Shown here one piece after another: positions 9,351 through 17,519 of a stretch of DNA of 39,357 nt. This DNA comes from a virus (taxonomy: Duplodnaviria; Caudoviricetes): positions 1 through 39,357 of the IMG/VR virus record IMGVR_UViG_3300048897_000022; one strand, written 5' to 3'. The notes beneath the pieces are model-generated. The model did not search any database, was not told where the DNA came from, and worked only from the letters and a program-made list of their open reading frames with translations. Within the stretch, counting starts at the first letter, position 1. Each line of letters begins with the position of its first letter. The position numbers and the translations under genes are program-made.

Positions 9351-9788
9351 ATGAACCTGTCGGAACACTTCACCCTGGAAGAGTTGACTGCCAGTCAGGC
9401 GGCAGTGCGCAACGGACTTGATAATCGCCCCGGACTGGAGGAGGTGAAAAACCTGCGCTGGCTGGCCGAGGTGCTGGAAAAGGTGCGCGCCCTGGTCGGC
9501 AAGCCCGTCCATGTCTCCAGCGGCTATCGCTCTCCGGCCGTCAATAGGGCCGTTGGCGGTTCCGCTAAGAGCGCCCACATGCTTGGCCTGGCGGCGGACA
9601 TCACTGTTCCCGGCATGGGCTGCAAAGACCTTGCAGAGCTGATCCGAAGCAGCGGAATCGGTTTCGATCAACTCATCCATGAAGGGCAGTGGGTTCATAT
9701 CGGATTGGCTGAGGGTAGCCTGCGCAAGCAGGTGCTTACTGCTCACTTCTCGCCGGCCGGCGTCACTTACACACAGGGGATCAGTTAA
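9351..9788 (+). CDS. Endolysin, peptidase M15A family
   Basis: SGYRS...N..VGG..SAHMLGLAAD and WVHI zinc-ligand motifs; AGGAG RBS. Confidence 0.9.
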   Translation: MNLSEHFTLEELTASQAAVRNGLDNRPGLEEVKNLRWLAEVLEKVRALVGKPVHVSSGYRSPAVNRAVGGSAKSAHMLGLAADITVPGMGCKDLAELIRSSGIGFDQLIHEGQWVHIGLAEGSLRKQVLTAHFSPAGVTYTQGIS

Positions 9789-10304
9789 ATGGACTGGAAA
9801 GCCGCTATCGGCGCCATCGCGCCAACCGTTGCCACAGCCCTTGGCGGCCCCTTGGCTGGTCTTGCAGTCGATGCCGTAGGCTCTGCCTTCGGCTGGACCG
9901 ACGCGACGAAAGAAAAGGTCGAGGAAGCGTTCAGCAAAGGCCAGATGACCGGCGAGCAGATCCTCGCGCTCAAACAGGCTGAGCTGGCCCTTGTGCAACA
10001 GGAGAAGGAACTGGGCTTCAAGTTCGCGGAGCTGGAGTTCCGGGACCGTGACAGCGCTAGGCAACGCGAATCGAACGTCAAGGACAGCACCAACAAGATC
10101 TTGGCCTATGCGGTCGTGGGCGGCTTCCTGGCGGTCGTGGGCGGCACGTTGGCCGGATGGGCGAAAGTGGATTCTGTGCTGGCCGGCAGCCTGATTGGCT
10201 ACCTCTCCGCGAAGGCTGAGCAAGTTCTTTCTTACTATTTTGGCAGTACCTCTGGCAGCGCGGAGAAGTCTCGCTTGCTCGCGCAGGCCCAGCCGCCGAA
10301 ATAA
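9789..10304 (+). CDS. Holin-like lysis membrane protein (3TM-holin type)
   Basis: APTVATALGGPLAG, DRDSARQRE, two C-terminal TMs, YYFGSTSGS. Confidence 0.65.
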   Translation: MDWKAAIGAIAPTVATALGGPLAGLAVDAVGSAFGWTDATKEKVEEAFSKGQMTGEQILALKQAELALVQQEKELGFKFAELEFRDRDSARQRESNVKDSTNKILAYAVVGGFLAVVGGTLAGWAKVDSVLAGSLIGYLSAKAEQVLSYYFGSTSGSAEKSRLLAQAQPPK

Positions 10305-10306
10305 AC

Positions 10307-10331
10307 AAAGCCCGGATCACCCGGGCTTTTT
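10307..10331. terminator. Bidirectional intrinsic terminator between convergent late and early transcripts
   Basis: aaagcccgg-atcac-ccgggcttttt between stops at 10304 and 10333. Confidence 0.85.
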
Positions 10332-10332
10332 C

Positions 10333-11535
10333 TTATCCTGGCAAGCCGCCAGTGTCTACCTGCTGGGGCGGTGCTGCGCGATACAGTGGAACCAGTTCCG
10401 CCGACTCATACTTTGCCCAGCGTTTCGCTGCTTCGACTTCACCGAACCAGATGCGCACATTGCCATTTGGCGCATATACTGCCCACGCCACTGGCTCTAC
10501 CTTTGTGACGCTGGCCGCTGGCTTCAGCAGATGCGCATCGGCAACCATTGGGCATTCGTCGGCCATGTTGGGGCATGGCTTCTTGAAGCGATCCACGCCG
10601 CAAGTCGGGCATTTCATCTTGGCTGGCGCTACCTGTACGGTGCTGGCCTGTTGCAGGTTGTCGGATGGCTGCGCGAGCAATTCTTCCACCTTGCGGCGAA
10701 TCATGCCCAGCACCGAAAACGCGCAGCCCCACAGTTCTTCGTCAGACTCAGGAATGGCCGAGCCTAGCCCAAGTTTCGTTGCGATGAGGCGCATACGCTT
10801 TGCCGCGTCGGTATCCGTTTCCTTCCCGCCCTCCTGTTGCAAGGGCTGGGCGGTGCTGGATGACTGATGCCCACCCCAGTCATCAGCTGCAATGTCCGTG
10901 TCAATGGCGGCCCGCATATCGTCGTAGTAGCGCTTGTCAGTACCAAAGTCGGAATGCGCAACAGCGTCAAATCGTGCTCGCCGTCCTTGCTGTTCGGCCC
11001 AAGGATTCGTGCATAGAAGCGCTCGGCGGATGATCCAGTTGAGGCGTTTGGTTTCTTTATCCGCCCGCTCCTTCTCTTTCGCCAGTTCTTCCATGGCGCT
11101 GCGTCGGCCTTCGGCGTGGGCGATTTTCTCCTGCGCTGTGACGGCAGCATTCAGGAAGTCCACGAGCGATGCGTGTGCTTCCGCTTGGTTGTCATTGGTG
11201 TAGCCGCGCTTCATGTGCGTTTCCGCCCAACGCCACAGAATCTCCAGCAATTTCTTGTTGTAGAAGTCCACGCTCTGCACGCTCTCTGCTGGAGATACAG
11301 CGCGCTCGGCCAGGGCGATCAGCTCCAGCACGGCGGCAGGGTTCGCGGCGGCAATGAATTTCGCATCTTCCTCGCATGGGCCGTATTCGCCAACAACTTC
11401 ATTGTTTCGTACCGAATCCATCACCTCAAAGTAGTAGGTGCCATTGTCGGTATAGGATTTCCCGATGTAGTCCCAAGGCCCCGGCGTTGCCGCTTGCGCT
11501 AGCTCTTTCAGTCGTTGCAATTCTTGTGCATCCAT
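10333..11535 (-). CDS. Ead/Ea22-like mosaic protein
   Basis: LKELAQAATPGPW...DAKFIAAANPAAVLELI N-domain; EPVAW...PLY module. Confidence 0.75.
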   Translation of the reverse strand: MDAQELQRLKELAQAATPGPWDYIGKSYTDNGTYYFEVMDSVRNNEVVGEYGPCEEDAKFIAAANPAAVLELIALAERAVSPAESVQSVDFYNKKLLEILWRWAETHMKRGYTNDNQAEAHASLVDFLNAAVTAQEKIAHAEGRRSAMEELAKEKERADKETKRLNWIIRRALLCTNPWAEQQGRRARFDAVAHSDFGTDKRYYDDMRAAIDTDIAADDWGGHQSSSTAQPLQQEGGKETDTDAAKRMRLIATKLGLGSAIPESDEELWGCAFSVLGMIRRKVEELLAQPSDNLQQASTVQVAPAKMKCPTCGVDRFKKPCPNMADECPMVADAHLLKPAASVTKVEPVAWAVYAPNGNVRIWFGEVEAAKRWAKYESAELVPLYRAAPPQQVDTGGLPG

Positions 11536-11546
11536 TCATGCTCTCC

Positions 11547-11762
11547 TTATTGAGGATTGGCGTTGTCGCCAAAGTCCATGTTGCCTGGATGTGGAATGTC
11601 GTCATGGACGATCAGGTTGCCACCTTCGTGTTCTTCTGCTTGCAGGAAGCGTCCACAGATGACGCACCAATAGCCGGAGCCTTCGGTTTGCACTTCCGCT
11701 GAAGCATTACCTTTCGGCTCCATTTCAGCATCGCTTCCAGTTTTGATTTTTTCATTCATCAT
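11547..11762 (-). CDS. Hypothetical protein (CxxC)
   Basis: AAGGAG RBS; WCVICGRFL. Confidence 0.6.
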   Translation of the reverse strand: MMNEKIKTGSDAEMEPKGNASAEVQTEGSGYWCVICGRFLQAEEHEGGNLIVHDDIPHPGNMDFGDNANPQ

Positions 11763-11798
11763 GTTCTCCTTGCCCCCGCAGCTATTGCGGGGTGGTGG

Positions 11799-11993
11799 TT
11801 ATTCTTGGTTGGCAGCGTAGCGCTTGATTTGGTCGCTTTGGTTTGGCGTATAGTAGGCATCGACTTGCACCGTTGCCTGACGCGGGACTTGGTCAAACTG
11901 GCACAGTTCCTTGGCTAACTCCTCAGCCTCTTCCAAACTTTCGGCCAGTACGCTAAAACTTACCCGGATATAGACGCTGTAATTATCGGCCAC
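11799..11993 (-). CDS. Hypothetical protein
   Basis: Likely GTG start at 11993 overlapping the upstream gene. Confidence 0.5.
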   Translation of the reverse strand: MADNYSVYIRVSFSVLAESLEEAEELAKELCQFDQVPRQATVQVDAYYTPNQSDQIKRYAANQE

Positions 11994-12177
11994 GATCAAG
12001 CCTTTCTTTCCATTCAAACAAAGTAGCCAGCGTCCGAATACCGCTTGCCGGTTTTCCGTCGCACTGCTCCGTGACTTCCAGTGCCATTTCGATGGGGTAT
12101 GGCTGGCCGCTTCCGTCCGACGTCTTGTAGGTCATAGTAAGCGGGTCAAGCTTCCGACCACAAAACTGGTCAGCCAT
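11983..12177 (-). CDS. Hypothetical protein
   Basis: AAGGAG RBS before ATG 12177. Confidence 0.55.
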   Translation of the reverse strand: MADQFCGRKLDPLTMTYKTSDGSGQPYPIEMALEVTEQCDGKPASGIRTLATLFEWKERLDRGR

Positions 12178-12439
12178 GGCCGTCTCCTTTGGATTGCTGG
12201 GCGGCGCGCTCGGGGCGTTCACAAGAGCCGTAGCCCCATTCAATCCAGCCGCCCTCATAGCTTGCGCATTCAAGCATGTCTTCGTAGCATTCCGGGTGCA
12301 TCTTTACGGTGCCGACATCGCCACCATCAAAGTAGCGATAGCGCTTGTAGGACTCACCGACATCAATGCTTTCCCCGCACCACGAGCAGCGATGCTTCTT
12401 TGCTGCATTCTGTTCGGTTGTCTCGGTTTGTGCTGGCAT
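12170..12439 (-). CDS. Small zinc-finger-like protein
   Basis: HRCSWCGESI...MHPEC; start coupled to upstream stop. Confidence 0.65.
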   Translation of the reverse strand: MPAQTETTEQNAAKKHRCSWCGESIDVGESYKRYRYFDGGDVGTVKMHPECYEDMLECASYEGGWIEWGYGSCERPERAAQQSKGDGHG

Positions 12440-12969
12440 CACGCGCCCTCCGACTTCTGCCCATCCTGAGCGATGGAAGGGGCGGCAGCGAGCATGGCAC
12501 TGAAAACAGCTTCCATCCCGCACCCGTTAGCGTTTCCGCAATCACAATGACCGTTCTGCTCGTAGGCATCTTCGCCAGCACGATCCATTTTTGACGTCGA
12601 AATTGTCGGCACTAGCTGCCAGCCTTCGGGGATAGCCGCACCTACGCTAGATGGGGATGGCTGCGGCTTGACTGCCGTAGCCTTCAATGCGGCGTGTGCC
12701 GTGCATCGCGCTTCACTATCGGCCAAGGTGCTTGGCGTCCCGGTGAATTGCTGAAGCATCAAATACAACGCGTTGCGCAGAAGATTTACTTGCTCGCTTT
12801 CGCTTGGCACCGGCTGTGCTGGAGTAGCGCGGGCGGCAGACCATGCGCACCATAGGTCGGTTGTCATAGGATTGAGCCATACCCACTTGCTACGGTCTGT
12901 GTCGTAGGTGTTGGCCGTGTCGAATCCTTCTTTCTTGGCCCACGCTTCAAATTGTTCGCGGTCGTTCAT
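12439..12969 (-). CDS. Hypothetical ea-region mosaic protein
   Basis: REQFEAWA...WCAWSAAR and IPEGWQLVP...AMLAAAP lambdoid modules. Confidence 0.7.
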   Translation of the reverse strand: MNDREQFEAWAKKEGFDTANTYDTDRSKWVWLNPMTTDLWCAWSAARATPAQPVPSESEQVNLLRNALYLMLQQFTGTPSTLADSEARCTAHAALKATAVKPQPSPSSVGAAIPEGWQLVPTISTSKMDRAGEDAYEQNGHCDCGNANGCGMEAVFSAMLAAAPSIAQDGQKSEGA

Positions 12970-13304
12970 GCTTGCTCCTTGGCTGCGATAACCATGCGTG
13001 CTACCTCTATCAATACATCAACAGCGGTATGCTGTTTTTCGGTGAATTCGTAGCAGCCGAAGTATTTGTACTCGGTTTCGCTGATGGCGTTCTTCAAATC
13101 GCTGATCTGCTCATCGCTTAGCACCACAGGCTGCGCGGCACGGCGGTTCCATAGTGCCTGCTCGTTGTCTGCATGGTCTGCCGCAGGGCCAGATGCCCCA
13201 CATCCATTGCATTCGATATAGCTGCTGTACACACCATTTCCCGTACTATGCAGATCATCGCTTCCGCAAAACGGGCACGGCAGCAGTTCTTTGTTATCGC
13301 TCAT
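12966..13304 (-). CDS. lar: Lar-family restriction alleviation protein
   Basis: LLPCPFCG...IECNGCGASGP...WNRR. Confidence 0.75.
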   Translation of the reverse strand: MSDNKELLPCPFCGSDDLHSTGNGVYSSYIECNGCGASGPAADHADNEQALWNRRAAQPVVLSDEQISDLKNAISETEYKYFGCYEFTEKQHTAVDVLIEVARMVIAAKEQA

Positions 13305-13316
13305 TCTTTTGGCTCC

Positions 13317-13529
13317 TTAGTACAAGAGACTTCCGTTTTCCATGGAGTAGCGCAGTTCCTCGTAGGTGTCAGTGACGTAATAGGTGTCCGGGTCAGTAAC
13401 GCTGTTGGGGAACGTGACAATCGCCTTCGCATCTTTGAAGTCGGTCGGCTGCACGGACTGGGCCATCGACAGATTCAGCATGATTTTTCCGCGACCATCG
13501 TAGAGAGTGCATTCTTTGAAGATGCTCAT
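13317..13529 (-). CDS. Hypothetical protein
   Basis: Coupled ORF in leftward operon with RBS. Confidence 0.6.
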   Translation of the reverse strand: MSIFKECTLYDGRGKIMLNLSMAQSVQPTDFKDAKAIVTFPNSVTDPDTYYVTDTYEELRYSMENGSLLY

Positions 13530-13804
13530 TTCGATTCACCTTTATTGGGGGTGGACATGGCGGCAGCATCAATGTTCAGTCGATACGTCTGTGTTGGATA
13601 TTTATAGGTATCCTTCACAATATAGCCGTGATGTTCCATTGCACGAACAGTACCAAGACTAACTGATTGGATCTCGCCACCATAGCCGCAGCCGCCCTTT
13701 TGAATCCATGCGCGGCCATCAATCACACCGTCTCGACGGCCAAGTTGCCAGCCATCGGCCATCTTAGACAGTACTTCCATCTGCACTTTACTTGGCTTAG
13801 CCAT
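13526..13804 (-). CDS. Hypothetical protein
   Basis: Coupled ORF in leftward operon. Confidence 0.6.
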   Translation of the reverse strand: MAKPSKVQMEVLSKMADGWQLGRRDGVIDGRAWIQKGGCGYGGEIQSVSLGTVRAMEHHGYIVKDTYKYPTQTYRLNIDAAAMSTPNKGESK

Positions 13805-14279
13805 TGCCCTGCTCCTTATTCGCTTGTGCTACGGATGCGGCGTCGATAGCGGCGTCAAGGCGTTCACGTGACGGGCAATCCGCGCCCAGCATCAGGCGAG
13901 TATCGACAGCCTTTTTAGGGTCGCTCAGCACGCACAGAGGGCTGCTGAACCAATCGCAACCGCGCAGATAACGGTAGCGTTCTGCATCCTTCCGCACCTC
14001 TGCCAGTTCGCGCTCTTTCTGGAGCAACTTCGATTTCAACAGCGCCAGGTCAGCAGCAGCAATAGCTTTTGCAGTCTTCACTGTCGATTGATGCATTGTC
14101 CACATCGCATCAGTGAATGGTGACCCGCGCAGCATTTCAGCAACAGCATCGTTGTTGCAGCGTGCTAGGCCAAGACGGCATGCACAATAGTCCCGAGTCT
14201 CGTTGTGGATGCCAGAATCGTTACAGTCGTCGCAGCTATAGCGTGACTCGTTTTCGTGGTGGTGGTCGAGTTCATGCAT
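13797..14279 (-). CDS. Hypothetical protein (Cys-rich N-terminus, KDAERYRYLR module)
   Basis: GGAGG RBS; common phage KDAERYxxLR...LDAAIDAA module. Confidence 0.7.
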   Translation of the reverse strand: MHELDHHHENESRYSCDDCNDSGIHNETRDYCACRLGLARCNNDAVAEMLRGSPFTDAMWTMHQSTVKTAKAIAAADLALLKSKLLQKERELAEVRKDAERYRYLRGCDWFSSPLCVLSDPKKAVDTRLMLGADCPSRERLDAAIDAASVAQANKEQGNG

Positions 14280-14451
14280 TGGTTGCCTCCTGCTGTGCGC
14301 GCCAAGCCTTGTAATCTGGCCGGCGGTAAATCGAATTGACCTTCACGCCGAACTTCGCAGCAGCTTCTGCCACGGTAAGGCGGTGCTTCTTGTGCTTATG
14401 CGTGATTGCCTCAATGGCCCACGTCATAGCTTGAGTTTGACGACCTGACAT
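14272..14451 (-). CDS. Small HTH DNA-binding protein
   Basis: Strong RBS AAGGAGGAG; LTVAEAAAKFGVKVNSIYRR helix-turn-helix. Confidence 0.7.
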   Translation of the reverse strand: MSGRQTQAMTWAIEAITHKHKKHRLTVAEAAAKFGVKVNSIYRRPDYKAWRAQQEATNA

Positions 14452-14479
14452 TTCTCCTCCTTGCTGTGAATGTATGGTA

Positions 14480-14520
14480 ATCATACACATGTATTCGTAC
14501 ACATGCAAGAAAATAAAATA
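14480..14520 (-). promoter_or_regulatory. Internal leftward sigma70 promoter
   Basis: TTGCAT (14508-14503), 17 nt spacer, TATGAT (14485-14480); AT-rich UP-like tract; palindrome TGTATG-N5-CATACA at 14471-14487. Confidence 0.75.
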
Positions 14521-14539
14521 GCCCCACAAGGAGGCTATT
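14510..14539 (-). terminator. Intrinsic terminator ending the recombination operon
   Basis: Minus strand aatagcctc-cttgt-ggggctatt followed by ttatttt. Confidence 0.65.
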
Positions 14540-14762
14540 CGAAGAGGTCAACTTGGCGAGGATCAATCTTCACCGGAACGTAAATCCAGCCATCCTCACA
14601 ATCCGGAAGCCGCCGCAACTTCGCTTCGGCCCCGGCCTTGTGACAGACTTCGCTACGCTCCCGCATGAAGACACAGCCAGCACATGGGTCTTCGTCCTCG
14701 TCCAGCAAACTCATTGGCCGGCGACTGGCTGCAAAGATTATGCGGGCTGGGTCGAGGGGCAT
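14535..14762 (-). CDS. Small Cys-containing hypothetical protein
   Basis: ATG just after the Gp157 stop; PCAGCVF...VC...PDC. Confidence 0.6.
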   Translation of the reverse strand: MPLDPARIIFAASRRPMSLLDEDEDPCAGCVFMRERSEVCHKAGAEAKLRRLPDCEDGWIYVPVKIDPRQVDLFE

Positions 14763-14763
14763 T

Positions 14764-15267
14764 TCATCGGATATCCAAGCGCGTGCCTTGTGCCAGCATG
14801 GCGCCTGGCACTTCACGGCCTTCCTTGATGGCTTCTGCGATGGCCTTTTTATCCGGCGCTGGTGGCGGCGGTTCAGGCTGACGCATGAAGCTTGCAGGAA
14901 TCAGATTCGGCTCGAAGATTTCTACGCCGGCCAGATTCTTCTTGATGGTCAGTGCGAAGTGCGGGCATTCGATCTTTTGCACGCCAGCGATTTCCATGCA
15001 GGTCTTCGTGTACTCGCGCAGGTTCGCGGCCCGCTTCTCGATGGCCTTGCGACGGTCGGCCATTTCGCGCTCGGCGTTCTTGATCGCTTCCGCTGTCGCT
15101 TCCAGGTTCTTGATGGCATAGGCCACGTTCTGCGCTTTCAGTTCCAGCGGATAGGCTTCTGCTTCCAGCGTGTCAGCAATCGCCTGCTCGTCAGTCTGTA
15201 TGTCCATCAGATGATCAACGACAGCGCGGTACTCGTGAGAGATTTGATAAAGGCTCATAGCAGTCAT
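14764..15267 (-). CDS. Siphovirus Gp157-family protein
   Basis: MSLYQI...KAQNVAYAIKNLEA...PDKKAIAEAIKEGREVPGA. Confidence 0.85.
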   Translation of the reverse strand: MTAMSLYQISHEYRAVVDHLMDIQTDEQAIADTLEAEAYPLELKAQNVAYAIKNLEATAEAIKNAEREMADRRKAIEKRAANLREYTKTCMEIAGVQKIECPHFALTIKKNLAGVEIFEPNLIPASFMRQPEPPPPAPDKKAIAEAIKEGREVPGAMLAQGTRLDIR

Positions 15268-15276
15268 GGTTATTCC

Positions 15277-15606
15277 TTAGTTGTCGGATTTGCTGCCGAG
15301 CATCTGCATGCTTTCGGCAATGATGTCGGTGGCGTACTTTTCGATGCCGTCCTTGTCGGTGTACTTGCGCGTCTGCAAGCGTCCTTCCACATAGACGCTG
15401 TGGCCCTTCTTTAGGTACTGACTGACAATCTCAGCCAGCTTGCCAAAGAAGCTGATGCGATGCCATTCTGTAACTTGGTCCCGGTCTTTTGGTTTATAGC
15501 TAGTTGCCACTGAAATATTGGCAATAGCATCGCCAGAAGCCTGATAACGGATTTCAGGATCACGCCCCAACGATCCGACAATAATCACTTTATTTACTGA
15601 TGCCAT
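15277..15606 (-). CDS. ssb: Single-stranded DNA-binding protein (OB fold only, no acidic tail)
   Basis: [17 protein letters not shown]...TEWHRI...[12 protein letters not shown]. Confidence 0.95.
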   Translation of the reverse strand: MASVNKVIIVGSLGRDPEIRYQASGDAIANISVATSYKPKDRDQVTEWHRISFFGKLAEIVSQYLKKGHSVYVEGRLQTRKYTDKDGIEKYATDIIAESMQMLGSKSDN

Positions 15607-16057
15607 TTCTTCTTACTCCCTCTTTTCGTGCGATATATCCGGCAGTTTGCCGCTTGATTCCAAAGTCTTTTGCGATGGACGCGTACTTTTCACCTAACTG
15701 TGCGCGTCGAATGACTTCAGCCCTTTCTTGATCTGTCAATTTTGAATGCGGCAGCATACTCCCCTTGGCTTGCCTTCCTTTTGAGACTGCGTCATCCATA
15801 TTTTCCTGGCGACTACCAACAAAAAGATGTGCTGGGTTGACACATTTCCGGTTGTCACATTTATGGCAAACATCAAGCCCATCAGGGATAGGCCCAATAA
15901 AGGATGCATATGAAAGGCGATGTGCGTACTGCGAACGGCGCTGAAAGTTAATTCGGGCATATCCATTGGCCTGCACACAACCGGACCATTCCCAGCAGCC
16001 AGTTTTATCAATGATAGAGACGCTAGCCTTGATTCTTTGTTGAGCAATTTCCATCAT
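15590..16057 (-). CDS. HNH endonuclease with C-terminal HTH
   Basis: GCWEW...AHRLSY...[16 protein letters not shown]...N. Confidence 0.9.
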   Translation of the reverse strand: MMEIAQQRIKASVSIIDKTGCWEWSGCVQANGYARINFQRRSQYAHRLSYASFIGPIPDGLDVCHKCDNRKCVNPAHLFVGSRQENMDDAVSKGRQAKGSMLPHSKLTDQERAEVIRRAQLGEKYASIAKDFGIKRQTAGYIARKEGVRRNGISK

Positions 16058-16671
16058 TGGCCTTTCTTGAGTTCGCCCATGCGGGCATTAAAATGGCCCG
16101 TGTACAGGCGTTTCTGGTCGTTCGGCAAGCCGTTCATCAGCTTAGTAAGGGATGGCACGTCCTGCGCAGCGTTGAACTGTGCCAGGATTTCAGCATCTGG
16201 CTCGCCGGCTGCATCCTGTTGTGGCTTTGCGCGCTTCGGTGCGACTTGATGCGTCTCAGCATCTGGATCGCTACTAGTTTCTTCGGTTGGGATGCAGAAT
16301 GCTTGGAAGGCAGCGTATTTGTATGCAATGGACATAGCCTTGTTCGTTGCCTTGTCACCGCTATCCATGGCCTCACCGAACATCGCCACAGTATGGCGGC
16401 TCCCATCAATGGCACTGACGAAATCAAACTCCGCCTGCACGGTGACGTAGAACAAAACGCCGCCGTTTTTGGTTTCACGCTCATGGCTTGAGCGGTTCAG
16501 ACAGCGCGGGAGAATTAGAAGCTTGTGCTTTGCCAGGAGTGGAGATAGAGCATTGTAGACAGCATCGATACCGCGAAACATGAAGCCCTGCTGTTGATTC
16601 TTGCTGGACTTGCTGATGCCGATTTGAGCAAGTTCTTCTTGAACGGCATTGATTGCTTTGTAGACTTCCAT
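16054..16671 (-). CDS. erf: ERF-family ssDNA annealing protein
   Basis: FMFRGIDAVYNAL...GEAMDSGDKATNKAMSIAYKYA...DPDA; AAGGA RBS before ATG 16671. Confidence 0.9.
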   Translation of the reverse strand: MEVYKAINAVQEELAQIGISKSSKNQQQGFMFRGIDAVYNALSPLLAKHKLLILPRCLNRSSHERETKNGGVLFYVTVQAEFDFVSAIDGSRHTVAMFGEAMDSGDKATNKAMSIAYKYAAFQAFCIPTEETSSDPDAETHQVAPKRAKPQQDAAGEPDAEILAQFNAAQDVPSLTKLMNGLPNDQKRLYTGHFNARMGELKKGQ

Positions 16672-16723
16672 GATATTCCTTAGTGTTGTGTAAGGCCAAG
16701 AGGCCAAATTCCTGTGGTACAGC

Positions 16724-16879
16724 TTAGAACGGGATGCGCCCCGATGCAAGGTCTTCGTAGTGCTGCGCTCGCTGCTCTGGCGTCATTTCTATACGCTGCG
16801 TGGTGAATGGGACCGGCTTGCCGGTGACTGGGTCGCGCGTTGTCAGTTCCGGCTTTGATTGTTCAGCATTCGCTTGCAT
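16724..16879 (-). CDS. 51-aa peptide ending ...EDLASGRIPF (not in ORF track)
   Basis: GGAG RBS; start overlaps the stop of the upstream ORF (TAATG). Confidence 0.65.
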   Translation of the reverse strand: MQANAEQSKPELTTRDPVTGKPVPFTTQRIEMTPEQRAQHYEDLASGRIPF

Positions 16880-17052
16880 TATTCTTCTCCATCATCATGC
16901 ATGCTTGCATATGCCGACTCAGCAGCAGTCAAGGCACGCAACGACTCTTCCGCTTCAATCGCATGATCAAGCACCTTTTCCCACGTACTTTTGCTGATCA
17001 TGATGCCTTGATTGAAGTCTTTCTTTACCTGCTCAAGTTCTGCTAATGTCAT
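16879..17052 (-). CDS. Hypothetical 57-aa protein
   Basis: GGAG RBS directly after the U-tract of the leftward RNA element. Confidence 0.65.
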   Translation of the reverse strand: MTLAELEQVKKDFNQGIMISKSTWEKVLDHAIEAEESLRALTAAESAYASMHDDGEE

Positions 17053-17065
17053 TTCGTTTTCTCCA

Positions 17066-17176
17066 ATAAAAAAGGCTTCGTGAAACCCTCTCCCATTGCT
17101 GGGTTGGACTAACGGATTGGTATCCGCCAGAGGGTTCACGAAGCCTTACCAAGTTTTCCCGGAGTCCAAGCCGGAC
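17066..17176 (-). ncRNA. c4/CI-like antisense/attenuator RNA element (leftward operon)
   Basis: 19-bp stem 17072-17091/17129-17147 enclosing two hairpins; U6 tail; unpaired segments complementary to upstream sites at 17147-17152 and 17163-17169. Confidence 0.7.
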
Positions 17177-17271
17177 AATCAATATATCAAGTGCCGAGCT
17201 ACTGTAGCAAGCACTTTATGCGCTGGCACTTACGCGGCCAGCTTACGCCCGGCACTGTGGAGCCTACCGGG

Positions 17272-17415
17272 TTAGGTGGCAAAACAGATCAGCACGAAGC
17301 CAGCGATAAAAACAGCGACATTGGCAAAAGTAAATTCAGCCTCATCCGCTGCGTTATACCCAGTGCAAGCCGCCAACGCGCAACCAATACCGAACATGAT
17401 CATCTGCGCGCTCAT
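17272..17415 (-). CDS. 47-aa two-TM membrane peptide
   Basis: ATGA overlap with upstream ORF; two hydrophobic stretches. Confidence 0.55.
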   Translation of the reverse strand: MSAQMIMFGIGCALAACTGYNAADEAEFTFANVAVFIAGFVLICFAT

Positions 17416-17519
17416 GCCATCCTCGCTACAAGATATCCCGCCAAGATCCCCGCAGCCACGATGATGAAGCAGGCGGCTGCGCTTGGGGTGCGGCGGGTGG
17501 TGGGGATTCGCTGGATCAT
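17412..17519 (-). CDS. 35-aa single-TM peptide MIQRIPTTRRTPSAAACFIIVAAGILAGYLVARMA
   Basis: ATGA overlaps on both sides. Confidence 0.55.
   Translation of the reverse strand: MIQRIPTTRRTPSAAACFIIVAAGILAGYLVARMA

Noticed and set aside
10110-10145. 15-bp direct repeat GCGGTCGTGGGCGGC x2
   Set aside because: It encodes AVVGG twice within a TM segment; only two copies, so not a CRISPR array or att site
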